From an uncultured Lachnospiraceae bacterium (GTDB lineage: Bacteria; Bacillota; Clostridia; Lachnospirales; Lachnospiraceae), in contig CAKRES010000005.1 in assembly GCA_934317845.1 (NCBI GenBank), positions 51,988 to 115,987 of the forward strand: DNA of 64,000 nucleotides, written 5' to 3'. The notes below the pieces were generated by a model, which was given only the letters and a program-made list of their open reading frames with translations, ran no database searches and was not told the DNA's origin. This document shows, one piece after another, positions 1-10,978 of this stretch (positions are counted from its first letter, which is position 1; each line of letters starts with the position of its first letter). The position numbers and the translations under genes were made by a program.

Positions 1-140
1 CAAAAGCATCCGCTCATCCATAAAATACTTGGAAGAAGTGTTTGGGAAAACCAGATCATGATAATTCCACAGATTCAACAAAACAAACAACAGCATGGGC
101 GGAAGAAACACCGTACCCCGGAGCCGACACCATGTTTCAT

Positions 141-974
141 TCACCAGCCTTTTAATATACATAAATATCCATCCTCTAATGTAGGGGAAAGCTCCTTTTC
201 TGTCCCCGAATCAGGAAGCAGTATGCGAATCTTTTCGCATCCTTCTTTTTCATATTCCTTTACAAGGATTCCTTGTATTTCTCCAGCTTCATAGGCTCTT
301 TTATCCATTTCAAAAACCTTTCCAGCGGCACAGGAAATAACCTCCTCGCAACTGCCTTTTTTCTTTATCTGACCATCCTGCATAATCTCCACATAATCTC
401 CGATATAATCAATATCATCCACGATGTGTGTGGAAACAAGGATCATCTGCCCACTCCGCTTCCGTTCTTTTATAAAGTTTTTAATCCGGAGCCGTTCTTC
501 TGGATCCAATCCTGCCGTCGGCTCATCAAGTAATATAACATCCGGGTCTCCCAAAAATGCCTGCATGATTCCCACACGTCGTATCATGCCACCGGAAAGC
601 TTTGCTCCTTTGCAGTCTGCCTGTTTGGTTAAATGCAAACACTCCAGCAGCTCCTCTGATTCCTTTTCAATCACAGCTAAAGGAAGCTTCTTCATTGTAC
701 CAAGATAATGCATCAACTGGCGCACTGTCATGTTCGGAAATAAACCGAATTTTTGCGGCAGATATCCAATCTGTTTTCCATTCAATTCTTGCCCGTTTAA
801 CCGCACTGCTCCCTTAGACTTTGGATATAATCCGGCAATCGAGCGAAGAAATGTTGTTTTTCCTGCTCCGTTTGGTCCAAGCAATCCATGAATCCCCTCT
901 TCCATGTCCATCGTAATATCGGAAATAACTGTTTTCTTCCCAAAACGCATCGTGATATGTTCTACACTCAGCAT
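141..974 (-). CDS. ABC transporter ATP-binding protein
   Basis: Walker A GPNGAGKTT, ABC signature LSGGM, Walker B ILLDEP; GGAGGG RBS upstream of ATG at 974. Confidence 0.85.
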   Translation of the reverse strand: MLSVEHITMRFGKKTVISDITMDMEEGIHGLLGPNGAGKTTFLRSIAGLYPKSKGAVRLNGQELNGKQIGYLPQKFGLFPNMTVRQLMHYLGTMKKLPLAVIEKESEELLECLHLTKQADCKGAKLSGGMIRRVGIMQAFLGDPDVILLDEPTAGLDPEERLRIKNFIKERKRSGQMILVSTHIVDDIDYIGDYVEIMQDGQIKKKGSCEEVISCAAGKVFEMDKRAYEAGEIQGILVKEYEKEGCEKIRILLPDSGTEKELSPTLEDGYLCILKGW

Positions 975-987
975 ACTAACCCTCCTG

Positions 988-2649
988 CTATTGTGCTTTG
1001 TTTTCTGCCTTTACACGCTCCTGGTAGGTTGCAACATCCTCTTCTATACCACGCCAGATTACAATATCTGAACCAAACAAATAGACACCTGACATTTCCA
1101 GTGGAGAAATGACAACTGTGTTCGTTGTTACCGGAATATTCATTCTGGTATTTTTCCTTGGATCATATTTTACAGAAAATGCCGGATAAATGTATGTAAT
1201 TCCATCCTTTTCGTACTGCTCATAGTTGCCTGCAAGCAACGTCACTTGATTGGCCTTTCCAAAAAATTTCGTTCCCTTTTGTTTCAGATTACTGATCAGT
1301 TTCGTTTTTCCATCTGTCACAGTAAGTGAAAACTCACTTTCCTGCTGTGGAAGAGTACAGAGCCCGTTCCGGTCAATCGGACGTTTTCCACAAATCGGAT
1401 AATACGGAAAATTTCCCGGAAGATATGCACTCTTATCGGATGCATAATAGCGGTTCAACCACATTCCCTCATAGGTCATCCGAATGGCAGACAACTCTTT
1501 GCCATTGGGATAAACCGTAATGAAATTGCCCTCTCTTTGATAGGTAAGGCGATTTCCTTCTGCATCTGTTACTTTGATGTTTTTAGCCTTGTTATAAAGC
1601 GTAAAGGAGTACTCCGGCAAAGAAACATCCGATACCTTAAGCGTCATATCTGCCCGAAGCATCGGCACGGTTATCAGTTTCATTTCGTATTCTGTCACAT
1701 AAAAATTGTCTTCACCGATCCGACCAGCCAGCTGATCCTGCTGTCCTATTGCATCTGCCTCCTGATAAAGAGCATCTTTCTGATCTTCATAGCCCTCATA
1801 GCTTCCAGCACAAGGTCTTGTCCATGCCACAAAACCGCCCACAAAGATTAAAAGCAGTACGATTTGAAAAAGAATCAGCTGCTTTTTTCTGCTTTTTAAG
1901 TACCATGAAAGGCACAACAAAAACTGGCAGGCTGCAAAAATATAAACAGACTTACTTACAATATGAAGGGAAATCGGATACGGGTCACTAATATTTCCTA
2001 CGTATCTTGTTCCTACACCAAAAAACTGTGTGGCATCGCTAATCCCATATAAGTTTTCTTTTCCATAAAACAACTGGTTAAACCGTATGGTAATATAAAT
2101 GGTCGTGAACAGCAGCAAAAGGGAAGATACCAACCGGTTTTTCACCTGCCGCAAAATCATCCCAATGACACACAAGATCAGATTCGGCGTGGTAAAATAA
2201 ATCACCAATGCTTTTAGCATATAGAGAAGAAATACTGCCTTTTCTCCATGTATCGCCGCTACAAGCAGCACATATCCGATTGCCAGAATACTTTGTATCA
2301 GTACAAGACAAAGTAAAAAACAAAGCGCACTAAACTTTCTTTGCAAAAACGATACAGCCATAACATCAAGGCACTCTGCCATTTCATACTTTTCTGCACT
2401 TCCCACATATTCATAGGCAAGTATCATAAATACAATACCGGAATAAATCGTCAGTGGGAACAAGTGCTGTACGATATCTAAGCCGTCGAAAAACGCTCCA
2501 TACACTCGAAAAGAGATCACTGTTTCTACGATCAGATACCCCAGCAACAGCAGATTTCCGACCACATATAGAAAGAAGTACTGTCTGATGCTGCGAAACA
2601 GCATGTGATTTTGTTTTAGCAAAATACTCCCCCCTACCTGATATAACAA
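988..2649 (-). CDS. membrane protein, ABC-2 permease-like N-terminal TM bundle plus ~270-aa extracytoplasmic domain
   Basis: multiple hydrophobic helices in first ~280 aa, then soluble domain; sits directly upstream of the ABC ATPase; start uncertain (possible internal TTG/ATG). Confidence 0.5.
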   Translation of the reverse strand: MLYQVGGSILLKQNHMLFRSIRQYFFLYVVGNLLLLGYLIVETVISFRVYGAFFDGLDIVQHLFPLTIYSGIVFMILAYEYVGSAEKYEMAECLDVMAVSFLQRKFSALCFLLCLVLIQSILAIGYVLLVAAIHGEKAVFLLYMLKALVIYFTTPNLILCVIGMILRQVKNRLVSSLLLLFTTIYITIRFNQLFYGKENLYGISDATQFFGVGTRYVGNISDPYPISLHIVSKSVYIFAACQFLLCLSWYLKSRKKQLILFQIVLLLIFVGGFVAWTRPCAGSYEGYEDQKDALYQEADAIGQQDQLAGRIGEDNFYVTEYEMKLITVPMLRADMTLKVSDVSLPEYSFTLYNKAKNIKVTDAEGNRLTYQREGNFITVYPNGKELSAIRMTYEGMWLNRYYASDKSAYLPGNFPYYPICGKRPIDRNGLCTLPQQESEFSLTVTDGKTKLISNLKQKGTKFFGKANQVTLLAGNYEQYEKDGITYIYPAFSVKYDPRKNTRMNIPVTTNTVVISPLEMSGVYLFGSDIVIWRGIEEDVATYQERVKAENKAQ

Positions 2650-2852
2650 TTTTTATTAGTCATCATATGTTATAGTTTTACTTTTCTTTCATATTCATCG
2701 TTAAATTTTTAGAATATGCAGCTATACACATAGGGATACATAATAACATTGCAAAAAATAGAATTGAAATAACTCTTTTGGCTTTCATAGAACCATTATC
2801 TTTTCTATTTTTCTCAATTCTATACTATTCTGGCAGCATCGTCAACAAAAAC

Positions 2853-2900
2853 ACAAAAGATGGTAATGTAAAAATTTTACACCACCATCTTTTCTTTTGG
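2853..2900 (-). terminator. intrinsic terminator after asd (bidirectional hairpin)
   Basis: hairpin agatggtaatgtaaaaattttacaccaccatct flanked by A/T runs on both sides, immediately after asd stop. Confidence 0.55.
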
Positions 2901-2904
2901 TATT

Positions 2905-3999
2905 TTATTTCTTCTCAATATATCCCTGTGCCTTTAACAGCTCTGCACAAAGCACTGCTCCACCTGCGGCACCACGTACGGTGTTATGAGATAAACCGAT
3001 AAATTTCCAATCGTATACGCTGTCCTCACGGATACGTCCTACGGAAATACCCATTCCATTCTCATAATCTACATCTAAGGTTACCTGTGGACGGTTGTCT
3101 TCTTCCATGTAGCGGATGAACTGCTTTGGTGCACTTGGAAGCTTTAATTCCTGTGGCACACCAGAGAACTCCTCTAATTTCTGGATCAACTGCTCCTTGG
3201 TTGGTTTCTTTTTGAATTTTACGAATACAGCTGCCGTGTGTCCATTTAATACCGGTACACGTACACACTGACAGGTGATCACAGGAGTTGTTGCCGGAAC
3301 AATCTCTCCCTTTTCAAAATCTACATGTCCCCAGATACGAAGTGGCTCTTTCTCTGATTTCTCTTCCTCACCACCGATAAATGGGATGACATTTCCCACC
3401 ATCTCCGGCCAGTCCTTAAAGGTTTTTCCTGCTCCGGAAATTGCCTGATAAGTGGTAGCCACTACCTCGTATGGTTCAAATTCTTTCCACGCGGTTAATA
3501 CCGGAGCGTAGCTCTGGATAGAACAGTTTGGCTTTACCGCAACGAAACCACGCTTGGTTCCCAGACGTTTTTTCTGGCACTCGATCACCTTCATATGCTC
3601 CGGGTTGATCTCCGGTACTACCATTGGTACATCCGGTGTCCAGCGATGCGCACTGTTGTTTGACACAACCGGTGTCTCTGTCTTTGCATAGGCTTCCTCG
3701 ATCGCCTTGATCTCGTCCTTGCTCATATCCACTGCACTAAATACAAAATCTACCGTAGAAGCAACCTCTTCTACTTCATTTACGTTGTGCACGATAATAT
3801 TCTTTACTGCTTCCGGCATTGGAGTATCCATTTTCCAACGGTCTCCCACTGCTTCCTCATATGTTTTTCCAGCACTTCTTGGGGAAGCTGCAATGGTTAC
3901 TACCTCAAACCATGGATGGTTCTCTAACAGAGAGATAAAACGCTGTCCCACCATACCGGTTCCACCTAAAATACCTACTTTTAACTTCTCACTCATCAT
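2905..3999 (-). CDS. asd: aspartate-semialdehyde dehydrogenase
   Basis: N-terminal GILGGTGMVGQRF Rossmann motif, ~360 aa, ASADH-like throughout. Confidence 0.9.
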   Translation of the reverse strand: MMSEKLKVGILGGTGMVGQRFISLLENHPWFEVVTIAASPRSAGKTYEEAVGDRWKMDTPMPEAVKNIIVHNVNEVEEVASTVDFVFSAVDMSKDEIKAIEEAYAKTETPVVSNNSAHRWTPDVPMVVPEINPEHMKVIECQKKRLGTKRGFVAVKPNCSIQSYAPVLTAWKEFEPYEVVATTYQAISGAGKTFKDWPEMVGNVIPFIGGEEEKSEKEPLRIWGHVDFEKGEIVPATTPVITCQCVRVPVLNGHTAAVFVKFKKKPTKEQLIQKLEEFSGVPQELKLPSAPKQFIRYMEEDNRPQVTLDVDYENGMGISVGRIREDSVYDWKFIGLSHNTVRGAAGGAVLCAELLKAQGYIEKK

Positions 4000-4030
4000 C
4001 CGCTCTCCTTTTCTATTGATTCTGTCGGTT

Positions 4031-5194
4031 CTATTTGATCACACGTACCTTTACTACGCCGTCAATACTCTTTAATGCTTCTACTAATGTATCTGCCGGA
4101 ACACCATCTAAGTCAAGCATACAATATGCCCAGTCACCGCGGCTCTTGGAGATCATATTGGTTACATTGATATTCTGGTCTGCAAATACCTTTGTAAACT
4201 GGGTGATCATGTTCGGAATGTTCTTATGGTTGATCGCAATTCTTGCGGCACTGTCACATACGCCCATATCGCAGGCAGGGTAGTTGACAGAATTCTTAAT
4301 GTTACCATTCTCCATGTAATCCATGATCTCTTTCACTGCCATGATCGCACAGTTATCTTCGGATTCCTTGGTAGAAGCTCCCAGATGTGGAAGTGTAATA
4401 ACATTGTCCAATCCTGCAATAGCCGGATTTGGGAAATCGGTTACATATTTTGCCACTCTTCCGCTTGCCAGTGCTTCCTTCATATCTGCATCATTTACTA
4501 AAGTATCACGGGAGAAGTTCAAGATCTTCATACCGTCATGCATCAGTGCAAATGCGTCTTTGTTGAGCATTCCGATCGTATCCTTTAATGCAGGTACGTG
4601 TATGGTGATGTAATCACACTCTTTGTAAATGTCCTCGATATTGGTGATATGTTTGATATGACGGGATAATGACCATGCAGCATCGATTGATACAAATGGA
4701 TCATAACCATATACTTCCATACCAAGACGGAACGCGATATTGGCAACCTTTGCACCGATCGCTCCCAGTCCGATCACACCTAATTTCTTACCGGCGATCT
4801 CATTTCCGGCATACTGTTTTTTCTGCTTCTCTACCATCTTTGCGATGTTTTCATCGGAAGCATTTTCTTTTACCCAGTTATATCCGCCCATTAAATCACG
4901 GGAAGCTAACATAAGACCGGCTACTACAAGCTCTTTTACACCGTTGGCATTGGCACCCGGTGTATTGAATACAACGATTCCCTTTTCTGCACAGGCATCC
5001 AGAGGAATGTTGTTGACACCTGCACCGGCACGCGCAATAGCAGCTAAGTTATCGGAAAGGGTAAGCTCATGCATGGATGCACTTCTGACAAGCACTGCAT
5101 TTGCTTCACTGAATTCCTCTGTCATTTCATACTGCTCATTAAACAGATCCGTACCGCAGGCTGCGATAGGATTCAAACAATTTACCTTAACCAT
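4031..5194 (-). CDS. serA: D-3-phosphoglycerate dehydrogenase
   Basis: 2-hydroxyacid dehydrogenase fold with C-terminal ACT-like domain; adjacent to serC. Confidence 0.85.
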   Translation of the reverse strand: MVKVNCLNPIAACGTDLFNEQYEMTEEFSEANAVLVRSASMHELTLSDNLAAIARAGAGVNNIPLDACAEKGIVVFNTPGANANGVKELVVAGLMLASRDLMGGYNWVKENASDENIAKMVEKQKKQYAGNEIAGKKLGVIGLGAIGAKVANIAFRLGMEVYGYDPFVSIDAAWSLSRHIKHITNIEDIYKECDYITIHVPALKDTIGMLNKDAFALMHDGMKILNFSRDTLVNDADMKEALASGRVAKYVTDFPNPAIAGLDNVITLPHLGASTKESEDNCAIMAVKEIMDYMENGNIKNSVNYPACDMGVCDSAARIAINHKNIPNMITQFTKVFADQNINVTNMISKSRGDWAYCMLDLDGVPADTLVEALKSIDGVVKVRVIK

Positions 5195-5230
5195 TTTTAT
5201 GTCTCCTTATTCTCTGCATCTAACCTTATT

Positions 5231-6313
5231 TTATGCGTTCTCTTCTTCAAACTTCTTCATAAATGCAACTAACTTCTCTACGCCTTCGATCGGCATTGCA
5301 TTGTAGATGGAAGCACGCATACCACCAACGGTTCTGTGTCCCTTTAAGTTCACAAATCCAGCCTCTGTTGCTTCTTTTACAAACTTGGCATCCATATCTT
5401 TATCTCCGGTTACAAATGGAACATTCATCAAAGAACGATCCTCTGGAACCACGGTACCCTTAAAGAGCTTGGAAGAATCTAAGAAATCATATAAGATCTT
5501 TGCTTTCTTTTCGTTGATCTCTTTCATCTTCTCCAGACCACCTAATTTCTTTAAGTGCTTGAATACCTTACCGCAAATGTAAATGCCATAAGCAGGTGGA
5601 GTGTTATATAAAGAATTAGCGTCTGCCTGTGTCTTGTATTTTAACATTGTTGGAGTTCCTTCCATAACATCGTCACGGATCAGATCTTCACGGATGATAA
5701 CAACAACCACGCCGGCAGGTCCTACGTTCTTTTGTACACCAAAGTAGATCAGACCATAGTCGCTTACATTTACAGGCTGGGATAAGATGTCAGATGACAT
5801 ATCTGCCACTAAGATCTTGCCCTTCGTATTTGGAAGTTTCTTGAAGGTTGTTCCATAGATGGTGTTATTATGACAAATGTATACATAATCAGCATCCTCT
5901 GAGATTGGAAGATCCGAACAATCCGGAATGTACGAGAATGTCTTATCCTCTGAACTTGCAATCTTATTTGCTTTTCCGTATCTTGCTGCTTCCTGATATG
6001 CCTTCTTTGCCCACTGGCCTGTAACGATATAGTCTGCTACACCGTTTTTCATCAGGTTCATTGGGATTGCCGAAAACTGCTGGGAAGCTCCACCCTGTAA
6101 GAACAATACCTTGTAATTGTCCGGAATGTTCATCAGGTCTCTTAAATCCTGCTCTGCTGATTCAATGATCTCCTCAAATGCTTTCGAGCGGTGGCTCATC
6201 TCCATTACGCTCATGCCTGTTCCATTGTAATCAAGCATCTCATCTGCTGCTTCCTGTAACACTTCTACCGGTAACATAGAAGGTCCTGCTGAAAAGTTAT
6301 ACACTCTTGCCAT
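5231..6313 (-). CDS. serC: phosphoserine aminotransferase
   Basis: N-terminal YNFSAGPSMLP motif typical of SerC, 360 aa. Confidence 0.9.
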   Translation of the reverse strand: MARVYNFSAGPSMLPVEVLQEAADEMLDYNGTGMSVMEMSHRSKAFEEIIESAEQDLRDLMNIPDNYKVLFLQGGASQQFSAIPMNLMKNGVADYIVTGQWAKKAYQEAARYGKANKIASSEDKTFSYIPDCSDLPISEDADYVYICHNNTIYGTTFKKLPNTKGKILVADMSSDILSQPVNVSDYGLIYFGVQKNVGPAGVVVVIIREDLIRDDVMEGTPTMLKYKTQADANSLYNTPPAYGIYICGKVFKHLKKLGGLEKMKEINEKKAKILYDFLDSSKLFKGTVVPEDRSLMNVPFVTGDKDMDAKFVKEATEAGFVNLKGHRTVGGMRASIYNAMPIEGVEKLVAFMKKFEEENA

Positions 6314-6339
6314 TTTTTATTTTCCTCCTTTTATATAAC

Positions 6340-8031
6340 TTACTTTGTCTGTTTTGCCAGATCGTCACCATCGAATACTTCTTCTAAAGTTGCTCCACCC
6401 GGAACCATAGGGAATACTTTATCATCCTTACCGATCTGAGCATCGATCACAACCGGACCATCTGACTCTAACGCCTTTTTGAATGCGTCATCAAATTCCT
6501 GCTGGGTCGTTACCGTATATCCGGTCGCCCCCATTGCCTCAGCAATTTTTGCGAAATCTGCTTTATCCTCTAATACTGTATTGGAATACCGCTCGCCGTA
6601 GAACAATGTCTGCCACTGACGTACCATACCGAGTACATGATTGTTGATGACCACTTCAATGATCGGTACGTTATAACGGGCTGCCGTCATGATCTCCTGC
6701 ATATTCATACGGAAGCATCCATCTCCGGCAATGTTGATACATACCTGATCCGGTCTGCCATACTTGGCTCCGATACAGGCTCCGATACCATAACCCATTG
6801 TTCCCAATCCACCGGAAGTGATCAGTGTTCTAGGCTTTGAGTATTTGTAATACTGTGCTGCCCACATCTGATGCTGTCCGACATCGGTCGTGATGATCGC
6901 TTTTCCTTCTGTCTGGCGATAGATCGACTCCATGATCGAAGGACCGCAAAGTCCGGTCTCGGAATAATGAAGCGGATATTCTTTCATCAGGTTCTGCACC
7001 TTTTCCATCCACTCCTCATGCTTCAACGGTTTTGTGAGCTTATGATTTAACATTTCAAGTACACTTTTTACATCACCAACAATGCTTGCATGTACTTTGA
7101 TATTCTTGTTGATCTCTGCCGGATCAACATCAATCTGAAGAATCTTTGCTTTCTTTGCAAATTTGGAAGTATTTCCAGTTACACGATCGGAAAAACGTGC
7201 TCCCATTACGATCAACAGATCGCAATCTACTACGCTTAAGTTGGATGCCTTTGTTCCATGCATACCGACCATACCGGTATACCGGGGATCCGTCCCATCA
7301 AATGCGCCTTTTCCCATCAGGGTATCACATACCGGAGCATCAATTTTATCTACAAATTCTTTCAGTTCTGACTGCGCACCGGAAATGACAGCACCACCAC
7401 CTACCATGATCATTGGCTTTTTCGCCTTCTGGATCATCTCTACGGCTTTGTCAATATCCTTTCCACGAATCTGTTTGGTAGAGCGTGCGATCGGCTCCGG
7501 CGTCTTTGGAGTATAGTCTGTCTTATTTGCTGTAACATCTTTTGGAATATCAACAAGCACCGGACCCGGACGTCCTGTTTTGGCAATCTTAAATGCCTTG
7601 CGGATCGTGTCGGCTAACTCCTTTACGTCCTTTACAATAAAGCTGTGTTTGGTGATCGGCATCACAACACCTGCAATATCGATCTCCTGAAAGCTGTCTT
7701 TTCCAAGAAGCGGAACACCTACATTCGCTGTGATCGCAACAAGTGGAATGGAATCCATCTGCGCCGTTGCAATACCGGTTACCAGATTGGTGGCACCCGG
7801 TCCGGAGGTCGCCATACATACGCCTACTTTTCCGGTTACTCTGGCATATCCATCTGCTGCATGTGCTGCGCCCTGCTCATGCGAGGTCAACACATGATGA
7901 ATCTCATCTTCATGCTTATAAAGCTCATCATAAATATTTAAAATCGCACCACCCGGATAGCCAAATACAGTGTCTACCCCCTGCTCTTTTAAACATTCAA
8001 TTACAATCTCTGATCCAGTTAACTGTTTCAT
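6340..8031 (-). CDS. ilvB: acetolactate synthase large subunit
   Basis: ThDP enzyme motifs (GYPGGAIL, SGPGATNLVTG, GDG), 563 aa, next to ilvD. Confidence 0.9.
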   Translation of the reverse strand: MKQLTGSEIVIECLKEQGVDTVFGYPGGAILNIYDELYKHEDEIHHVLTSHEQGAAHAADGYARVTGKVGVCMATSGPGATNLVTGIATAQMDSIPLVAITANVGVPLLGKDSFQEIDIAGVVMPITKHSFIVKDVKELADTIRKAFKIAKTGRPGPVLVDIPKDVTANKTDYTPKTPEPIARSTKQIRGKDIDKAVEMIQKAKKPMIMVGGGAVISGAQSELKEFVDKIDAPVCDTLMGKGAFDGTDPRYTGMVGMHGTKASNLSVVDCDLLIVMGARFSDRVTGNTSKFAKKAKILQIDVDPAEINKNIKVHASIVGDVKSVLEMLNHKLTKPLKHEEWMEKVQNLMKEYPLHYSETGLCGPSIMESIYRQTEGKAIITTDVGQHQMWAAQYYKYSKPRTLITSGGLGTMGYGIGACIGAKYGRPDQVCINIAGDGCFRMNMQEIMTAARYNVPIIEVVINNHVLGMVRQWQTLFYGERYSNTVLEDKADFAKIAEAMGATGYTVTTQQEFDDAFKKALESDGPVVIDAQIGKDDKVFPMVPGGATLEEVFDGDDLAKQTK

Positions 8032-8062
8032 CTGTTTTCTCCTCTATGCATCTGCCTGTTTT

Positions 8063-9736
8063 CTATTTTGCCTTTGGCACCTCTAAGATTGCACCGCGGT
8101 TACCGCTTGTTACCATCGCTGCATAGCGTGCTAAATATCCGGTTGTAACCTTCGGCTCTCTTGGCTGCCATTTTGCTTTTCTTTCTGCCAGTTCTTCCTC
8201 AGAAACTTTCAGATTCAGGCTCAGATTATCAATATCGATGGAAATGATGTCGCCTTCTTCTACTAAAGCGATCGGACCACCAACTGCTGCCTCTGGTGAC
8301 ACATGACCAATAGATGCGCCACGGCTTGCACCGGAGAAACGTCCGTCTGTGATCAATGCCACGCTGGAACCTAATCCCATACCGGCGATCGCTGAGGTTG
8401 GATTTAACATCTCACGCATACCAGGGCCTCCCTTTGGTCCCTCGTAACGGATAACAACCACATCGCCTTCTACGATCTTGCCGCCCTTGATCGCAGCAAT
8501 CGCATCTTCCTCACAATCAAATACACGGGCAGGCCCTTCATGCTTCAGCATCTCCGGTACCACTGCGGAACGTTTTACAACGCTTCCATCCGGAGCAAGG
8601 TTACCACTTAATACCGCTAAGCCGCCTGTCTTTGAGTAAGCATTGTCCACGGTACGGATCACTTCCGGATTACGGTTGACCGCATTTTTGATGTTCTCGC
8701 CTACTGTCTTTCCGGTTACGGTCATACAATCTGTATGGAGCAGACCGATCTCCTCTAATTCTTTCATTACGGCATATACACCGCCTGCCTCATTTAAATC
8801 CTCCATATAGGTTGGACCGGCCGGTGCCAGATGACAAAGGTTAGGTGTCTTTGCACTGATCTCATTTGCAAACTTAATATCGAAATCCCAGCCAATCTCA
8901 TGTGCGATCGCAGGTAAATGCAACATACTGTTTGTAGAACATCCCAGTGCCATATCAACGGTCAATGCATTCATGATCGCATCTTTTGTCATAATGTCTC
9001 TTGGGCAGATATTTTTACGGTATAATTCCATTACCGCCATACCGGCATGCTTTGCAAGCTTGATACGCTCAGAATATACTGCCGGGATCGTTCCATTTCC
9101 ACGAAGTCCCATACCAAGCACCTCAGTCAGACAGTTCATGCTGTTTGCGGTATACATACCGGAACAGGAACCACAGGTTGGGCATACTTTGTTCTCAAAT
9201 TCTTCTACATCCTCTGCAGTCATTGATCCGGCCGCATAAGAACCTACTGCCTCAAACATAGAGGATAAGCTTCTCTTATGACCTTTCACATGTCCGGCTA
9301 ACATCGGACCGCCGCTGACAAATACCGTCGGAACGTTGACACGTGCGGCTGCCATCAGAAGTCCCGGTACATTCTTATCACAGTTCGGAACCATAACCAG
9401 CGCATCAAACTGATGTGCCTGTGCCATTGCTTCTGTGGAATCTGCGATCAGATCTCTGGTCACTAAGGAATATTTCATACCGATATGTCCCATGGCGATT
9501 CCGTCACATACTGCGATCGCCGGAAATACTACCGGCGTACCCCCTGCCATGGCAACACCTAATTTTACAGCTTCTACGATCTTATCCAGATTCATGTGTC
9601 CCGGTACGATCTCATTGTAAGAAGAAACAATACCAACTAATGGTTTCTCCATCTCTTCTTTTGTCATTCCCAGTGCATTGAACAGGGAACGATGTGGTGC
9701 CTGCTGCATACCTTTTCTTACATTATCACTCTTCAT
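8063..9736 (-). CDS. ilvD: dihydroxy-acid dehydratase
   Basis: ILVD/EDD family motifs (CDKNVPG, SGGPM), 557 aa. Confidence 0.92.
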   Translation of the reverse strand: MKSDNVRKGMQQAPHRSLFNALGMTKEEMEKPLVGIVSSYNEIVPGHMNLDKIVEAVKLGVAMAGGTPVVFPAIAVCDGIAMGHIGMKYSLVTRDLIADSTEAMAQAHQFDALVMVPNCDKNVPGLLMAAARVNVPTVFVSGGPMLAGHVKGHKRSLSSMFEAVGSYAAGSMTAEDVEEFENKVCPTCGSCSGMYTANSMNCLTEVLGMGLRGNGTIPAVYSERIKLAKHAGMAVMELYRKNICPRDIMTKDAIMNALTVDMALGCSTNSMLHLPAIAHEIGWDFDIKFANEISAKTPNLCHLAPAGPTYMEDLNEAGGVYAVMKELEEIGLLHTDCMTVTGKTVGENIKNAVNRNPEVIRTVDNAYSKTGGLAVLSGNLAPDGSVVKRSAVVPEMLKHEGPARVFDCEEDAIAAIKGGKIVEGDVVVIRYEGPKGGPGMREMLNPTSAIAGMGLGSSVALITDGRFSGASRGASIGHVSPEAAVGGPIALVEEGDIISIDIDNLSLNLKVSEEELAERKAKWQPREPKVTTGYLARYAAMVTSGNRGAILEVPKAK

Positions 9737-9781
9737 ATTCTTACCTGCCTTATACTATATCTTTGCATTTCTGTTTGCTTC

Positions 9782-10864
9782 TTAAATGCGCTTGGTGATC
9801 TCATCACCCATTTCACTACAGGATACCTTCTTCATACCTTCGGAGTAAATATCACCGGTGCGGTAACCCTCTTTCAATACTGCTTTAACCGCATTCTCAA
9901 TTGCATCTGCTTCCTCATCCAGATCAAAGGAGAAACGAAGCATCATGGCAGCTGAAAGCACTGTTGCGATCGGATTGGCAATGTTCTGTCCTGCGATATC
10001 CGGTGCGGAACCATGACTTGGCTCATAAAGTCCAAACTTAGTTTCATTCAGACTTGCTGAGGATAGCATACCAAGAGAACCTGTTACCATAGCTGCCTCA
10101 TCCGATAAAATGTCACCAAACATATTCTCTGTTAAGATCACATCGAACTGTGCCGGATTCCGGACGATCTGCATCGCACAGTTATCTACCAGCATATGCT
10201 CATAGGCAACATCCGGATAATCTTTGGCAACCTCTTCGACTACCTTGCGCCATAATCTGGAAGAATCCAGTACATTTGCCTTATCCACACTTGTTACTTT
10301 CTTTCTTCTCTTTCTGGCAATATCAAATCCACGGATCGCGATACGACGGATCTCCGGCTCTGTGTAAGTCAGATTGTCATGTGCCGTCATCACACCATTT
10401 TCCATGCCGGTGCTGCGCTCGCCGAAATAAAGGCCTCCGGTCAGTTCCCGCATGATCATCATATCAAACCCGTCTGCACTGATATCCGAACGAAGTGGAC
10501 AAGCATCCTTAAGCTCCTCATAAAGATATGCCGGACGTAAGTTGGCAAATAAGTTCAGTTCTTTTCTGATCTTTAAAAGTCCTGCCTCCGGTCGTTTGGA
10601 TGGCTCTAATTTATACCATGGAGAGGTTGCTGTATTTCCACCAATGGATCCCATTAATACAGCATCCGATGCCTTGGCTGCTGCGATCGTTTCATCCGTA
10701 AGCGGAATCCCGTGTACATCGATCGAGGCACCACCCATCAAAAGCTGTTCGTAGTGAAACGTATGACCAAACTTATCTGCAACACGATCCAATACTTTCA
10801 TTGCCTCGGTCACGATCTCAGGTCCGATACCGTCCCCTTTAATGACTCCAATTTTAAATTCCAT
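9782..10864 (-). CDS. leuB: 3-isopropylmalate dehydrogenase
   Basis: [14 protein letters not shown]-terminus and isocitrate/IPM dehydrogenase signature, 360 aa. Confidence 0.9.
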   Translation of the reverse strand: MEFKIGVIKGDGIGPEIVTEAMKVLDRVADKFGHTFHYEQLLMGGASIDVHGIPLTDETIAAAKASDAVLMGSIGGNTATSPWYKLEPSKRPEAGLLKIRKELNLFANLRPAYLYEELKDACPLRSDISADGFDMMIMRELTGGLYFGERSTGMENGVMTAHDNLTYTEPEIRRIAIRGFDIARKRRKKVTSVDKANVLDSSRLWRKVVEEVAKDYPDVAYEHMLVDNCAMQIVRNPAQFDVILTENMFGDILSDEAAMVTGSLGMLSSASLNETKFGLYEPSHGSAPDIAGQNIANPIATVLSAAMMLRFSFDLDEEADAIENAVKAVLKEGYRTGDIYSEGMKKVSCSEMGDEITKRI

Positions 10865-10925
10865 TCTGTTTCATCCCTTTCGTTATCCGTTACAGATTCG
10901 GGTAGAATCCGCCCATTTAATCTAT

Positions 10926-10954
10926 ATCATATAACATTTTTTTCCTTATTTCAA
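10926..10954 (-). promoter_or_regulatory. sigma-A promoter of the leuB-ilvD-ilvB-serC-serA-asd run
   Basis: minus strand TTGAAA-17nt-TATGAT, short ~60-nt leader with no T-box or attenuator visible. Confidence 0.5.
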
Positions 10955-10978
10955 CTTTTTCTGTCCAAAGTACCGCGT

